Source: Octopus vulgaris (Eukaryota). Taken from it: a stretch of DNA of 64,000 nt. Below, one piece after another: positions 24,472 to 38,885 of the stretch. A program made the position numbers and the translations under genes. Every line of letters begins with the position of its first letter. The first letter of the stretch is position 1. The DNA lies in assembly GCA_951406725.2 (NCBI GenBank), contig OX597814.1, positions 203,732,001-203,796,000 of the forward strand, written 5' to 3'. The notes under the pieces are model-generated. The model saw only the letters and a program-made list of their open reading frames with translations, searched no databases and was not told the origin of the DNA.

Positions 24472-27400
24472 CCATTAGTAGTGGTGTGATTGACATGTAG
24501 CTGTCAATCCAAGAGATGATGGAACTGATATTTTACATGTTGCTAGATTTGCATGCCAGACATGGCAAAATAATGCTTTGCTAATACTTTAATAGTCAGG
24601 TACCTTCCTGACTATTTGCAGCCCTTTCATATGGTATCTGGTCTCCAGTTACATGATATACCCAAAATACTTTATCAATCTACTGCCACTCAGCCTTCTT
24701 AAAAAAGTGAATATTGCACATTTACTTTCAGTTCATTTCTTGAAACCAATGAGAATGTAGGGGATTTGCTTGATCTGCTAGAAATAACAGTTTTAGCATT
24801 AAATCACACCATACCATCTTTACAAAGGAAAGACACTGCTCTGAGCATTTTACTTTGAGGACATGATAGCAGTACTCCATTATAGGTTTCACCTAATGAG
24901 GGGTAAGGGTAGGGAAGTATTTACTACCCTTGAAGATGCAGGCTAGATTTTATGAAGCTTTGGCGATGCTACTGGTGTGTGCCTGTTGAAAGAAATCCTC
25001 AGCCATGGTAAGACCCAAAACTGTTACTTATAGTGACATTAAAGGTTCTAGTTTTGCACTGTTTATGTTTAGAGTTGGTAAGCTGTAAAATTAGTATAGT
25101 TTAGCATTGTCCACTCTAGTACCTCCTAATAGCCACATATATGTGGACAGAACTCTGGCTGTGCAGACAATAGTCTTAGGATATTGCATTTGATGCAGTG
25201 TATGGTTGGTTTGAGTAAATTGGTTTGAAGTTAGGCTAAAGGATGACATACCGAAGCTGTGTATAGTGAAATGTTTTGTTCCTCTTTAGATCTGCTTCAT
25301 CAAAATTCATATTGACTATTCAACAATAGTAACAACAACAGCAGCAGCAGTAGTACAAGTTAAAGTAGGTGCATTTGTATCAGATGAAATACAGAAGAAA
25401 ATGGATGGAATAATCTGTTGTCTGGAGTAATTACAAAGAATAGATAGAAAACAACATTTTGAAATAAATAGCATTAAATCTTATTTGAAAGAGACAATTA
25501 TTGAGGCTGCTTAGAGGACTGATGAATAATTATTTTAGAAATAAATTTAATTAGTTGAGGAATGATTGTCATTAGAAGAAAACTTGTTGAAGGAGAGAGA
25601 GAGAGAGAAGATAGATGATACTGTAAATTTATTACATTAGTCCTACCAGTGAAAATACTCTGTTCATTTGTTTCTTTTGCACAGTGTTAGTTTTATCCAT
25701 GTTAGCATGGCTTAAACGAGAGATAAATGCAGGAAGATTTTTATAGCTCAATGCTCTTCCTATCACCAACTCTTTCCTATTTTACAAGTAAGGGATTTAA
25801 AAAAATTTATTCTAGAGGAATCTAAAAGCACAGAGCTCACAGATGATTTATTGACAAGAAATGTTAACAGATGTCGCTGGTTGCAGCCTAGCCACAAATG
25901 GTGATGTTGCCATCTGTGACTGTAGCTCAGCACAGACAGTAGAAATGATAGATGCTCATGGATGCTCAAGTACATTTGTGCATATTCATTACTTTCATTT
26001 TCACTCCACTAAATTCCCTGACAGAGCATTTGTCAGCTTTGAGCTTTGGTAGAAGATATTTTCCCAAGGAGTTGTGCAGTGAGAAATAACCTCTTAGCCA
26101 CGCAGTGTTTATGTAATGTGTGATAATTAACCTATCTCCTTATATTTTTGGTTTGTGTTTTATATACTTGAAAGTAAATTTAGTTATTTGCATGTGTATT
26201 CTTAAAAAAAAAATTAAGCAGGTCTGGCTGTGTGGTTAAGAAACTTGCTTCTCAACCATGTGGTCTTTTGTTCAGTTACTCTGTGCAGCATCTGTGCAAG
26301 TGTCTTTTGCTATAGGCCCTGGTTGACCCTGTGAGCGGATTTGGTAGATGGAAACTGAAAGAATTCAGCGTGTATGTGCTTGATATCACATGATGATTGT
26401 AAACAAGCATCACTGTCATACAAGTGATGTTCATTTCTAGTCTTCTGTGAAAACATGTCTGGCTATGGAAAAATATTGCCTGGCTTGAAAATGTGTAAGG
26501 GTTGGTTACAGGAAGAGCATCTGAACATAAAATCTGCCTCAATAAATTCTATGCAACTCATGCAAGCATGGAAAAAATGTGAGCATTAGAACTATGACGA
26601 TAATGATCTGTTTGTACACTTCCTTCTTTATAACAATATACATAGTTTGCTTCCAGGTCAGTCTTTCTGAAAAACACTATCTTTTACTAATGTCTATACC
26701 TTGCACCCTCTTTCTCTCTCACCATCTTACTAATCTCTGTTATTCAGATTACATCCTCTATTTTAATGTGGAATCAACTCACTTCTTTTGTTTCTCCCTT
26801 TGATACACATAAAACAATAATGACTTACATTTAAAATTACTTTTATTTATGTGTTGTAGATGCCAGGATCAAAATAAGTATAATAGACAAAATAAGTACT
26901 TGTTAAACATTGGGGGTTGATTTTAAATACCAATATACTTAAAGGCAGTAGCCTAGCATGGCCACAGCTTCTTTGACTAAAACCAGTAAAAGAATATGAT
27001 TCACTAAATAACATTACTTCAAACTGTAAATTGATATGTCAGCCACATAACAATAGTTACTGTATGGGGCTGTTATGGACATGTATGTTTTTCCTTCTCT
27101 ATGATTAATTTAAATAGTGTAATAAAATATAATCTTCACATTTATAATTTGAATATAGTCCAGTATTTTCTCCTTTTTCGTTTGTCATATTTTTAAAACC
27201 AAAATAAGAATTTAGCTGCAATGTAGATTCACTTATTTTAACCACATTCTTCTCAGCTAATGCCATCCTATACAATGGCTTGCCATAAGTATGTTGATGT
27301 GAATTATATGCAGTAGACTATCCTATTGCAATTTTACTTTTCACTGTTAGCCTGGTTGGCAAGCTAAGGGTGGTGGTATTCTGTCACTTGCCCTAAATAA

Positions 27401-27858
27401 TGGGATGGTGGAAAGAAGTATTTTCTTACATGTCAGGATTGATTAGTAATTTCCAGTTTTGATTCAGCAAGGAGGAAAAATTACATTGTTATTCTTTCTT
27501 TTTTTCTTTTCTCTTAGAATTAATTTGAATTATATAATTATCTAAAAAATAATTACATTATGTTTAGAAAAACTATTCTCGAATGAAGGTTATTTATATT
27601 TCAGTGTTACATGTTTGTTTCTTCTATATTCTGTAATTCAAATATAGAAAAGTTCAGACTTTCCCATCCAGTTGAAGATATTTATAGAAACAAATTTTAT
27701 TCCACTTTGTGGAAGAAAGCTTATAATAGTTTCTGAAGCATTGATATTATTTTATAATTTCTAATAATTTTAGTTACAAGATATCTAATAATTTTTATCT
27801 GTATATTTGCTCACCCTAATCTTAATACTACTAATCTCATGTTTGTTTATCTTTTCAG

Positions 27859-28033
27859 AGTGACAGTTGTCCCAGTTCAATTGGTTGTAGCTCCTCCACT
27901 CACCACTTGTCTTCATCTTCCCAGAACGTGCCACTACTCAATGGGGATCATTCCAAAAATGACATTTGCTCTGTGCGAAAAGAAGCAACCTTGCCTCGAT
28001 TATCAGCCTATCCTGTTGTCCCAAGAACCACAG
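27859..28033 (+). CDS. CDK14: CDK14 N-terminal Ser-rich coding exon (SDSCPSSIG...PVVPRTT)
   Basis: TTTTCAG acceptor, 175-nt stop-free frame, CAG|GTATGC donor. Phase 0 in and phase 1 out, fitting both neighbouring exons. Confidence 0.75.
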
Positions 28034-28234
28034 GTATGCAGTTTGAATTTTCTTTTTTTTGCTTTTCAGATGCAGGCATGGCTGTGGGCTGAAGAAGCTC
28101 ACTTTGCAACCTTGTGGTTATGGGTTCGTTCCTACTATGCAGCACCTTGGGCAGGTGTCTTCTACTACAGCCACAAGCCAACCAATGCTTTGTGAGTAAA
28201 TTTGGTAGACAGAAACTGTGCAGAAGTGTGTGTG

Positions 28235-28268
<34 letters not shown>

Positions 28269-31200
28269 AGAGAGATTGTTTGTCCCCACTACTGCTTCAC
28301 AACCTGTGTTGTTTGTTTACACTCCCATAACTTAGTGGTTCAGGAATAGATATTGATAGAATAAGTGTAAGACTTAAAAAAAAGAAATGAAAAGCACTGG
28401 TGTTCAATTTGTTCCATTAAGCCCTTCAATGCTCCAGTGTGGCAGACTGAAACAAGTAAAAAATAAGATTTAAAAAGGTGAGGAATAAGTCATTTAGATA
28501 CAAATATCATCTCGTCTGTTGTTATTTAGCCCAATTCAGACTTGATCAACTCGACATATTATTGAAGGCATTTCGTCCACAAGTCTCTCTGTTTTTATCA
28601 GGCATAGTATATCTTGGACTACATGTCTAATGTCCTTTTTTTTTTTTTATTATTGCAGACTATAGAGAGATTTAGCTGCTATTTCAAGCAATTTAAACAC
28701 CTACATAAAGACTTTCTTGTTGGTTCTCACTAGCCAGAACACTGTAGTTTCTTATGTAATCATTACAGTGAATATGGTATAAAGTTTAGTATTATGCTAA
28801 CATTATCTCTCTAATAATAGCAATGTAAGGTGCAGGCATGGCTGTGTAGTTGAGAGCCTTGCTTCCCAGTTATGTGGTCTTGGGTAAGTCTCTTCTACTG
28901 TAACCCCAGGCCCACCAAAGCCCTGTGAGTAGATTTGGTAGATGGAAACTAAAAGGAAGCTTATTGTGTGTGTGCTCTTGTCTACTAAATATCACATAAT
29001 GGTTATTAATGAGCATTACCATCAAGCAAGGAAGGTTGGTCATTTTTCAGTCTGCCACGAAAAACATGTCTCGCTCTGGGAAAATATTATCTTGCTTGAA
29101 AACAGGTGGTGGTTGGCAGCAGGAAGGGCATCCAACAGCAGAAAATATGCCTCAACAAATTCCATCTAACTCATGCAAGCATAGAAAAGTGTATGTTAAA
29201 ATGTGATGATGACAATGATGATGTAACTTAAATAAAAGAATTGGTAAATTAATTTAGTTCTTCAAGAACTTGTCACCAATCATGCAATGTTTAAATTTTG
29301 ATGATATGAAGCTCATTTTGCAATTAATAGGTAATGTTTGTCAGGTATATATTATTTAGCCAAATGTTGTTTAGAAGTGATTTGATTAAGAACTTAAATA
29401 AAATTTTTAAAAAAAACTTGGATTGATAATATATTGTAAATTCCATCAAATAGGAAGAAAATGTTGTTTTGTTTTTTGCACAATTTTTGGTGTGAGGTAT
29501 TGTATTGGAACAGATATTGTTGTATCTTGGGAGGCTCCTTATTCTAATAATAAACACACATGGGTTCTATATTACTGTTATTATTATTTGTCAACCAAAC
29601 CATTTAATTGAGTGATTAATCATTTGGTCAGTCCATCAACCGGCTTCATCAGAGTCCTTTCTTTGCTGTTTGTGATTTCATCATTGACATGCCCTCTCTA
29701 CCATTCACACAAATATGCATATGCATGGACTTCTTTCAGTTTCCATTTACCAAATTCCCTCACAAGGCATTTGTTGGCCTAGGGCTATAGTATAAGATAT
29801 TTGCATAATGAGCTATGCAGTGGGATTGAACCCAAATCTATATGGTTAAGACGCAAATGTAGGATGAGGTTGTGAATGACAATGAAACAACTGTGATGAA
29901 CCTGACTGACTGATAGCTTGACTGAATGATTAATTAAATCACTAATTAATAAATTGGTTAACTAGTTGACTAATAATAAAAGAAATGAAATAGAGCCAGA
30001 GTATGTTTATTATTGGCACAACACAAAAAAGTCTTGTTAATTTGTCTGTAAAATCCATGTGGCATTATTGACAAAAATCACTTGCAAAATTTCATTTTCC
30101 AATATATTTTAATGGTGTAAGCTTGGCTGTGCAGTGAAGAAGTTCACTTTTCAATCATGTGAATTTGGGTTCAGTCCCACAGCATAACCCTGGGCCTACT
30201 AATGCCTTGTGAGAAAATGTGATAGATGGAAACTGAAAGAAGCCTGTTATATATATTATGTGTGTGTGTGTGTGTGTGCAAGTACACATGTATGAGCATG
30301 CCTGGATGCGTGTTTGTGTGAATGCTTACAAAACTACACTGAGCTACAGCTATGGATGGTGACTTCTGTTTCAGCTATAATTTGTGACATCATCCTTTGT
30401 AATTGCTCTGCAACTGATGATGTTTGTTGACATCATTTCCTGTTAACAAATCATCTGCTAGCTCTGTTTTATTATATTTTTTTTTCTCAAACAAAATATC
30501 CCTTATTTTGGGTGAGGGTTGGCAACAGGAAGTGCATCCAGCTGTAAAAATCCTGCCTCAAATTCACTTCTATATGAGTCATGCTCGCATGGAAAAACAG
30601 ATGTTAAATGGATGATTTTTAAAGTAGTAAATCATTTTACTTTTTAAGATTTTGCCTTTTGCACAACATAATACAGAAATTCCTGCTGCTTTAAAAGAAT
30701 TCTTGAAGCTTTAATTTGTAGAAGATGGTTAGGATATTAGAAGACAGCACTGAATAAAGTTGAATGCAGAATGAAACCAATCTGGTGTGTGATATCTATT
30801 GACATTACAGTCATAATGTAAAAGATTTGGATTAGATTAGCAGATTATTAGGTAAATTTAGAGAAGTGAACATATAGGAGAAAAACATAGAAACTTAAAG
30901 TGATATGAAAAGTTTAGCATGATTAGGAAGTGAATGTGTCTTTCTGAATATTGAACAGAATTTTCTGTAAGTTGAGAGGGTATCTAATGTTTAAAAAGTA
31001 TTGATCTAAATTTGGATTTGTGTAGCATTATGATCTGTCTAGCTATTGAAGTGTTTGGCGGAAAGAGAAACCTGACTTCACAATGCTAATGTGTTTGTGA
31101 CAGGATATATTACTTAATGCTAATGCCTTTCAAACAAAGGCTATTGGAATAATAGAGCTTTTTTTTTTATCTTATTCCTAATGGAAGATGATATATAATA

Positions 31201-33234
31201 TTTGTTGAATATGTAGTAGTAGATTAAATCTTAGAATATGAGTATGTCTGCTTATGAGACTCAAATCAGAATTGATCACTAGCTTTCTTGACAGCAATTA
31301 GGGCTATTACAGATGTAAAGTATTTTGAGGAATTCTGCAGATAATAGATTAGATTTAAGGACAAGATGTAATCAGATATTAAAAAAAGAAAATCTTTGTT
31401 GGAAATGTTAAATCATAAAAGGTTTAAAATTTCAGAAGCAAAGAGAGAATAGCTGATAAATTAAATTAAATCTGAAATATTCAAATATACTTTAATCTTG
31501 TTTTGGAAGAGTTTCTGAGTTCTTGCTGAAGGCTACAATGCACTTCATTTGGCACCATCACTATGGTATTGATGGTAAAGCCAATACATTTAAACATATC
31601 AAATTCAATTTGTTTATATGCATGCAGACAATAGTAAATTGCAAACAGAATTTTGCAATTAGAAATTTACATGTTTTATCCACCAGACATTGTGATGCAT
31701 ATGTAAATTGTAGCAGAGCAGGTAGCCATATTAAGGCATGAGGCACTGTATTTGCAAATAATTATTTAATGTAGTACATGGGAAACATGAAATGAAATCA
31801 GGCCACTGAGGGTGGCTTTATTATAAACTGTTGATCTGCTAGAAATAGCAACAAGATCCCTTTCATATTACTACTTTCTTAAAAAAAAAATGACATGATG
31901 TCTGAATAAGAAATTGGATAATGTGGCCCTACCTACATAAGGTTGAGAAAGATAAAAGACAAAATGGTTATGAATGGAATGATGATGAAGCAGAGCTGGA
32001 GATAATTAATGAGCTGCAACAGTTAAAATGTTGTAAAGATCAACATCCTTTCACCAGATTTAACATATTCCTGCAATATGGGGATAAGTAACGGGTAAAA
32101 GAAATATGTTTTGAATGAGTAGTTGCAGCTAACTGAATTCACAATTAACTGCATTTGTGAAAACACAAAAGTCTGCTGTCTTGTGTTATGACAAACTAGA
32201 CTATACTAATAAAGAAAAGGCAGCATTTTGTCTGTGAACCCCCCTCCCCACACACACACACACACTTCAGTCTGGTAATTGTATTTCTTATTTCTAAATG
32301 TTTGGCAATTACTGAGCTGAATATTTTGCTTCAGTAATAGCAGACCAGGATTATCCATCAAAGACATTGTGCTAATCTTACATGTTAAAACATTTTAGCT
32401 CACAAAAACCTTCTGTATTAAATAGTGGAAAAGTTGTGATAGTGTTTATACACAATGAAATGCCAACTTTTCCTTTCTCACATGGAATTTGTTAAGGAAG
32501 ATTTTTTATGGCCAGATGCCCTTCCTGTTGTTAACCCTGTTTCTAAGTAAATTAATATTTACCCATAGCCAGATATGTTTTCACAGAAGATTGAAAGCAA
32601 AAGGTACTGCGAGTATGGCAAGGTGCCAGGTACCTCAGTCCTTTGTCATCTCACCTGAAAGGTTCAGCTTTTTGAGGTCATTCTTCAGTACTTCATTCCA
32701 AATATAACAGGCTTCTTTGAGTTTCCATTTAACAAATCCATTTACAAGGCTTTGTTGGCTCAGGGCTATAACAGACATTTACCCAAGTTGCCATGCAATG
32801 GGACCGAACCCAAAACCATGTGACTGAGAAGTAAGCTTCTTAACCACACAACCAAGCCTGCACTTTCATAATTAATTAATGAAATTCAAGTTACTGATTG
32901 ATATTTTGTGCTTTCCATATTTCAAAATTATTACAAAATTTTATTTTTTTTTATTTTTTTAATTAAACTTATTTCTTTTCTAATGCAGGAGGATAACTAC
33001 AATTTTTAAATGTAAATTGCATATACATACTAATTTATTTATAAAGTGGTGCTTGTGGCATTAACATTAGCTGTATGTAATAGCTAATATGATCTGTATA
33101 TTTCCCACACATTAAAATTTATGCCTTCTTTTTGTTAGTAATATATAGCTGTTTATTAGCAGATTTTTGTTTATCAATTTGTATTTATGTATTACTAATT
33201 TTCTATTTTTTCTTTTTTTTTTTTAACCTTGAAG

Positions 33235-33392
33235 TAAAAAAGTGGACCCCTGTCAAAAGACATCATTCTGCAGGTGACATGTTGGTCACTGAAATAGAGC
33301 CAGGTAATGACCTGGATAAAGTAGAACGTCCAAAGTCAGAAGGACATGCTTACACCAGGCAATTTTCACCAAAGAGAACATCTAGTTATGGG
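33235..33392 (+). CDS. CDK14: CDK14 coding exon (VKKWTPVKRHHSAGD...RPKSEG...KRTSSYG)
   Basis: Long poly-T tract and AAG acceptor, GGG|GTATGT donor, phase 1 to 0. Contains R-x-x-S motifs and joins in frame to the first kinase exon. Confidence 0.85.
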
Positions 33393-34246
33393 GTATGTTC
33401 ATTTTATTGTAATATATGAAATATATCAAGTATCTCTTGATGAAAAGCTTCGTTATAGGTTGAAGCATCCCTGGGGACTAATCATTATGCCACTTTTATT
33501 TTTGTTTGTTGGAAGAGGTTTAGCCTTTTTGCTACCACATATTTCTGCTGAAATACCTTTGTTTCAATTAATTTTGCAATCAATGAAGAATTTAGTAAAA
33601 TAACTTCGCCATTCTTAAGCTTGTGTTTCAAGCAAAAATTAACTTGAATTTTTGATGGAAAATTTTCAATTAAAATCACCTTAAAACAGGACGTTTGTAT
33701 CTCAGAACTGAGGGCAGTTTCAAGCAGGTTCGTATCAAAGGGGTTAAATATGTCATCTGAGTGGAGCTGAAGAAATAAATATTAGTCATATATCTTCAGT
33801 ATTCAAACTGATTACAGAGAGAAAGAGAAAGAGAATTCAGGATTGTTGCATGTTACATCTGGCTTCTTTGGTGTTGTAATATAAACAGTTTTGTTAGCAT
33901 GAAATATATTAAAAAAAAAATAAAATCAGATGTTGAGTTCTTTAGAATTCCACTTCTTCAAAAGAAGTGTTTGCTAGTAGCCATGTCATGGTACATGTCT
34001 GTCTTCAAATATTTGAGCAAATTTTTTTTTCTATACTGTGCTTTATCAAAAACTTTAATATATTTCTTTCATACTTTCCTTTCTGATCTTGAGCTTACAA
34101 AGAACTGTTTTGAAGCAGTGCTGTTTATACAAACTTTCAAAGTCAAATTTTTTATAAATTTTCATATAACCTATTGTGGTATGTGTTGTAATTATTACAA
34201 TTTGTTTTCCAGATAAGAATTTAAGGAAATAACTGCTCTCTTTCCA

Positions 34247-34433
<187 letters not shown>

Positions 34434-35769
34434 GTCCAGGCCATCCCTGATCAAAGGAGCAATTACTGTTACTGGGGTTATCTAGGACTACATTGTCCTT
34501 GCTGTTTTTAAAAACAGTTGGGCTCAAAAAGAGATTTAGCTGCCATTTCTTGTAGATCAAGTGACCACATAGTGGCGTCCATCATTGTTCTTTAATGATG
34601 ATGATCTTTTTATGTTAGTTTTATGAGGCTTATAAAGATAATGAAATTGTTGAATTCCAAACATAATTGTTACAAAGAAACTTCTGTTTGAAACATTACA
34701 TCATGTTATTTCAGTAATAAAATATATTAGACAATAAAGCTGATATAAAAATTAAATTAGTCTGTACACATTAATTCACTAAAATTTTTTTTTGAAATAT
34801 AATTAATTCATTAATAACCTATTTCATTGACTAACAACTCTACCAAACTAACCACTGGTTTATAATAAAAATAAAAGTAATGAGTATTGATGAATATATG
34901 AGTGAACCAGCCTTAAGTGCTGCAAATCATCATCCTCATCATTTAAAATCTGTTTTCCATGCTGGCATGGGTTGGGCAGCTTAACAAGATCTGAAGGACT
35001 GCATTGAGGTTAAGGCTGGGATGCTCTTTCTAACTTGGTGCTTACTTTCATACTTGCAGCACTAGTAAGACAAGAGAAAACTGTGGTAGGAGTTTTTGTA
35101 TTTGAGGGAGGAGGAGGAGGAGGTGGCTTTATGGCAGTATGATAGTCAAACACAAGTGTCTTTCTATAGAGAAGATACATGGCCACCCCACATTATGTAA
35201 GGGTGGGTGGGAGTAGCTGGTGGTGTACAAGGTGATAGATGGAAGTTAGAGGTACATAAGGATGGCTATAGTGAGTGGGGTGACAACAGTAGCAGGGGGA
35301 AGGGCATCAGTGGCAGATATGAGAGGGCATAGAGAATGATGGCAAATATAAGAGATGTTAAAGCTGCAATATGGCAGGCTTAAGTTGTAGCTCAGTAGAA
35401 AGGGAGGAGTAACTGAAGGTTTCAGAAATGGGATGATTAGTGAAAAATTGTGTGGGAAGAGATGAGAATGAGGGAGGGATGTTAATAGGAAGTGTTTCCA
35501 AAAGGGAGGAGGCTAATGGTAGTTCAAAAAAGGGGGTGATGATGAAATGTGTGCCAGTTCTGCTCTCAGGTGATTAAAGCAACTAAATAGTGCCACAGTT
35601 AGAAGAGTGACAGACGGATGATGGTAGGAGAATGAGATGTGGAGAATGTTTGATGGGATAGATTGGGTGCAGGACCCAGCATGTATAGGCATAGATAAAA
35701 TCTTCTTAGAATCTCATTTTTTCCATGATGGACAGGTCCCCTGGAGCATAACGAACCATCAGTCTTCTC

Positions 35770-36185
35770 AGTCCTTTCAAATTTCCTCCCTGAGGCTCAA
35801 GATCTGGAGCTCAGCCTTCACTAATCTGTCTCATGTCTTACCGAGTCTTTCTCTTCCCCAAGTTCCATCTACTTTCAGTGACCTTTAAACAACTGTTCTT
35901 ATCCATATGCACCATGTGGCCAAACCAGCACAGTCTTCTCTCTTGCATGCTATATCTGATTCTTCTTATGTCTAACTTTTCTCTCATCACATTTGCATTT
36001 TGTTATACATGCACACTGACCACTGCGCATCCACTAGAGCATGCTAGTTTCATTCCTCTCTAGTTTTTGCATATCCTCAGCATTCAGGGCCCATGTCTCC
36101 CATTTGGCATTGCTGTTCATACACAAGCATCATACAGTTTGCCTTTCATTCTGGGAGTGAGGCCTTTTGATGTCAACAAAAGTAA
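35770..36185 (-). mobile_element. RTE-like LINE 3' fragment, decayed; similar fragment at about 51780-52550(-)
   Basis: Minus-strand translation QERRLCWFGHMVHMD...GTWGRERLGKT, and GKGKPRKTW in the second fragment, resemble the RTE C-terminal RRLRWFGHV..GRPRKTW pattern. Confidence 0.6.
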
Positions 36186-37205
36186 TAGCTCTGAACTTTC
36201 TCCAATGAAAAATTTGTGGCATGAAAGAAATATTATTTGCTCATTATTTGTATATGTCTTAGGGGATCTTAATCAGTTTTGTATCTGGATATATTCAGTG
36301 TCATAGAATATAGTCATTTCAGCTATTTAGTCAGTAAGTTAACTGTTCAGAGCATTGTACTAGAGTATGTACTTCAGTTATGTTCTATGTCTTGTTTTCT
36401 GTTGCATTCAGAGTTATCTCAATGTCCCAGGTGAATAACAGCTTATTTAGATAAGCAGTTCTAGTTATGATGCCCTTAACCTTTTCCTCATAGTACACAA
36501 GAGATTTTATAATGATCATGTACAAGATAAAAAAATATCAGTCGTTTGTCAGGCTTTCCAACTAAAAATGTTTTGCAGTAAAACATACCTTTTCAGTTTT
36601 AAGTAGAAATATTTTTACTCTCTACCAGGCACCTGTTCTATATCATTCACCGTTGGTTACTCTTGAGAAGCTTGACAAAAACAATGTCATTGGCCAGGCC
36701 TTCTGCTGTGTCTGACTCAATAAACTGAGCAGACTGCCTCTGGACTTCAGCATGTCTCTCCTCTCTTGGATTGAAAGTATCCTATTAGATCATACATTAC
36801 AATGTGTGGTGATGGTGTTCTCTCCATCAACTAAGGTTCAGATGCATCCATCATATGATTCCTTATTAATAACCTGCTTGCTATCACGTCTAAGGATGCT
36901 CAGTCTTTTGCTGATGATATTACTATTCACTTTTCTCTATCCTTTTGAACATAGTCATCCGCTATATGCAACCCCAACACCCCGCACTAAAACTTTCTCT
37001 ATTTCCATAAAGCAAAGACCTCCCAAATATTCTCCAATGGTGACAGTAACAAAGATGTAATGACTGCTTATGTCAAGAAACAATCTTGTATTTCACCCTC
37101 TCCACTCTTGAACAATAACACAATTGAAGTCAATAAATGCTAGACTTCACAGTCATTGATGGTTTCTCTACATCTCCAAAACTAACCTGCTTCTGAGCAA
37201 TGGTT

Positions 37206-37278
<73 letters not shown>

Positions 37279-38793
37279 GCTCATCACCCCAACTCTATCT
37301 CATCCTTCAACTGTCACATTAACCATTAAACCCAATTCTGCCTCTGCACAATCTCAACTCCCTAGAATTGCTTCCCTGCTTTTTGCTTTTGTTTTCATCT
37401 CTGATGTTGATTTACTGTTCAAACATCAACCATATCAGTTTTAGCTGCTTGGGTCATGGCCACTGTTCCTTCTCAGCTGAAGGGGTTGGGGACCTCACCA
37501 GAACATTTTGCTTAACAAAAATTGTTTTGCTACTCTCAAATTTTGGAGAATGATCTTTTTAAAATGAAACTAGACAAAGATAATGTTGAAATGAAGAGGA
37601 CTCTTGGTTCTAATACAGTCTAATGTTATTATAGATGCAATGGCAGAGATTAAGAAGCTATTAATTATTCAGTTATTTGCTTCACACATGAGACCCAAGT
37701 CAGATCAGATCAACCTTATTTATTTTATATATTACATTTTGTGAACAATGACACCATTAGTTTTAAAGGGTAGCCACTAGTTTCCTGAACTTGCAATGTG
37801 TGTTGGTGCGACTGAAAACAGAACAAATACTACAGAGTATTTTAATTTGATAGCACCAGATTATTGGTTTTTCTCAGTGATATTTATACCTTTCATTGAT
37901 TTACATTAGCAAAAGATGCACACACATACTCATTCAATAGACTTCCACAATGTGTCTGTCTGCCACGTTTTACTCAAGGCATTGGTCAACTCGAGGCTAT
38001 GTTGAAATACATAAATGATGACTTAACATCAATATCTTAGAAAGCAGTTAAAAAGGAAGGCCTGCATTACTAGTAAGATAGAAGCCATCATCATCATCAT
38101 TTAACATCTGTACTCCATGTTGGCATGGGTTAGATGGCTTAACAGGAATCAGTGAGTTTAAGGACCGTGTCATGCTCCAATATCTGTTTTGACATAGTTT
38201 CTTTGGCTGAATGCCACCCCCCCTTCCCAATACCAGCTAGTTTAAGAGTGTACTGGGCCTTTTTTTGTGTGGCACTGGCACTTGTGTGGTTACCATGTAA
38301 CTCACAAAACCCCTCAACTGGATAGAACTACAGTAAAGAGAGAGAGAGAGTGTAGGGGAGGTTTTATGCTAGGTGTTGAGAGAATTAATTGTGAAAGAAG
38401 GGGCAGGAAGAGGTTTCTTGATGTAGAGGTGATACATGCCTGCCTCATCGTCGTGGACGGGAGTATTTGGGATGGAGCTGGAAACAAAGATAAAGATGCT
38501 GGTGGTGGTGGTGGTGGCAAAAAGTACAATTACCAAATCGATCAATCTTATTTATATGCTTTCACTGATACACAGATTTGATTAGTTCCACGGCTAAGAT
38601 TGTGTGTCAAAGGAGAGGTTTTGATGAGTTAAAATGATGACAGCATGTTAAGAAGAACAATATAACAAGGATTGGTGTACAGATGCATGTATATGTTTGT
38701 TGTCACTTATTTTATTGTAATATTTGTTTACAAATAGATATGTCATTTCTGTTTTGTTTATTTTGACTGATTTTGTATTTCTTCTTCTTCTAG

Positions 38794-38885
38794 GGCCAAT
38801 CTCCTTTTGGAAAAGCAATCTCATATAAAAAACAAGAAAGATTAGGTGAAGGTTCATATGCAACAGTTTATAAAGGAGTCAGCTG
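38794..38885 (+). CDS. CDK14: CDK14 kinase exon, Gly-rich loop (GQSPFGKAISYKKQERLGEGSYATVYKGVS)
   Basis: TTCTAG acceptor, GTAAGT donor. GEGSYATVYKG is the CDK14/15-type P-loop. Confidence 0.97.

Noticed and set aside
24370-24530. Very decayed LINE RT-like remnants (VPQDSVL on minus strand; also about 36750-36950 and 61410-61605)
   Set aside because: Plausible CR1/L2-type fragments, but too degenerate to delimit or classify confidently.
28034-28070. Strong-looking acceptor (TTTTCAG) directly before a SINE, suggesting exonisation
   Set aside because: It is only about 35 nt from the upstream donor, too short for a plausible intron, and nothing supports its use from another donor.
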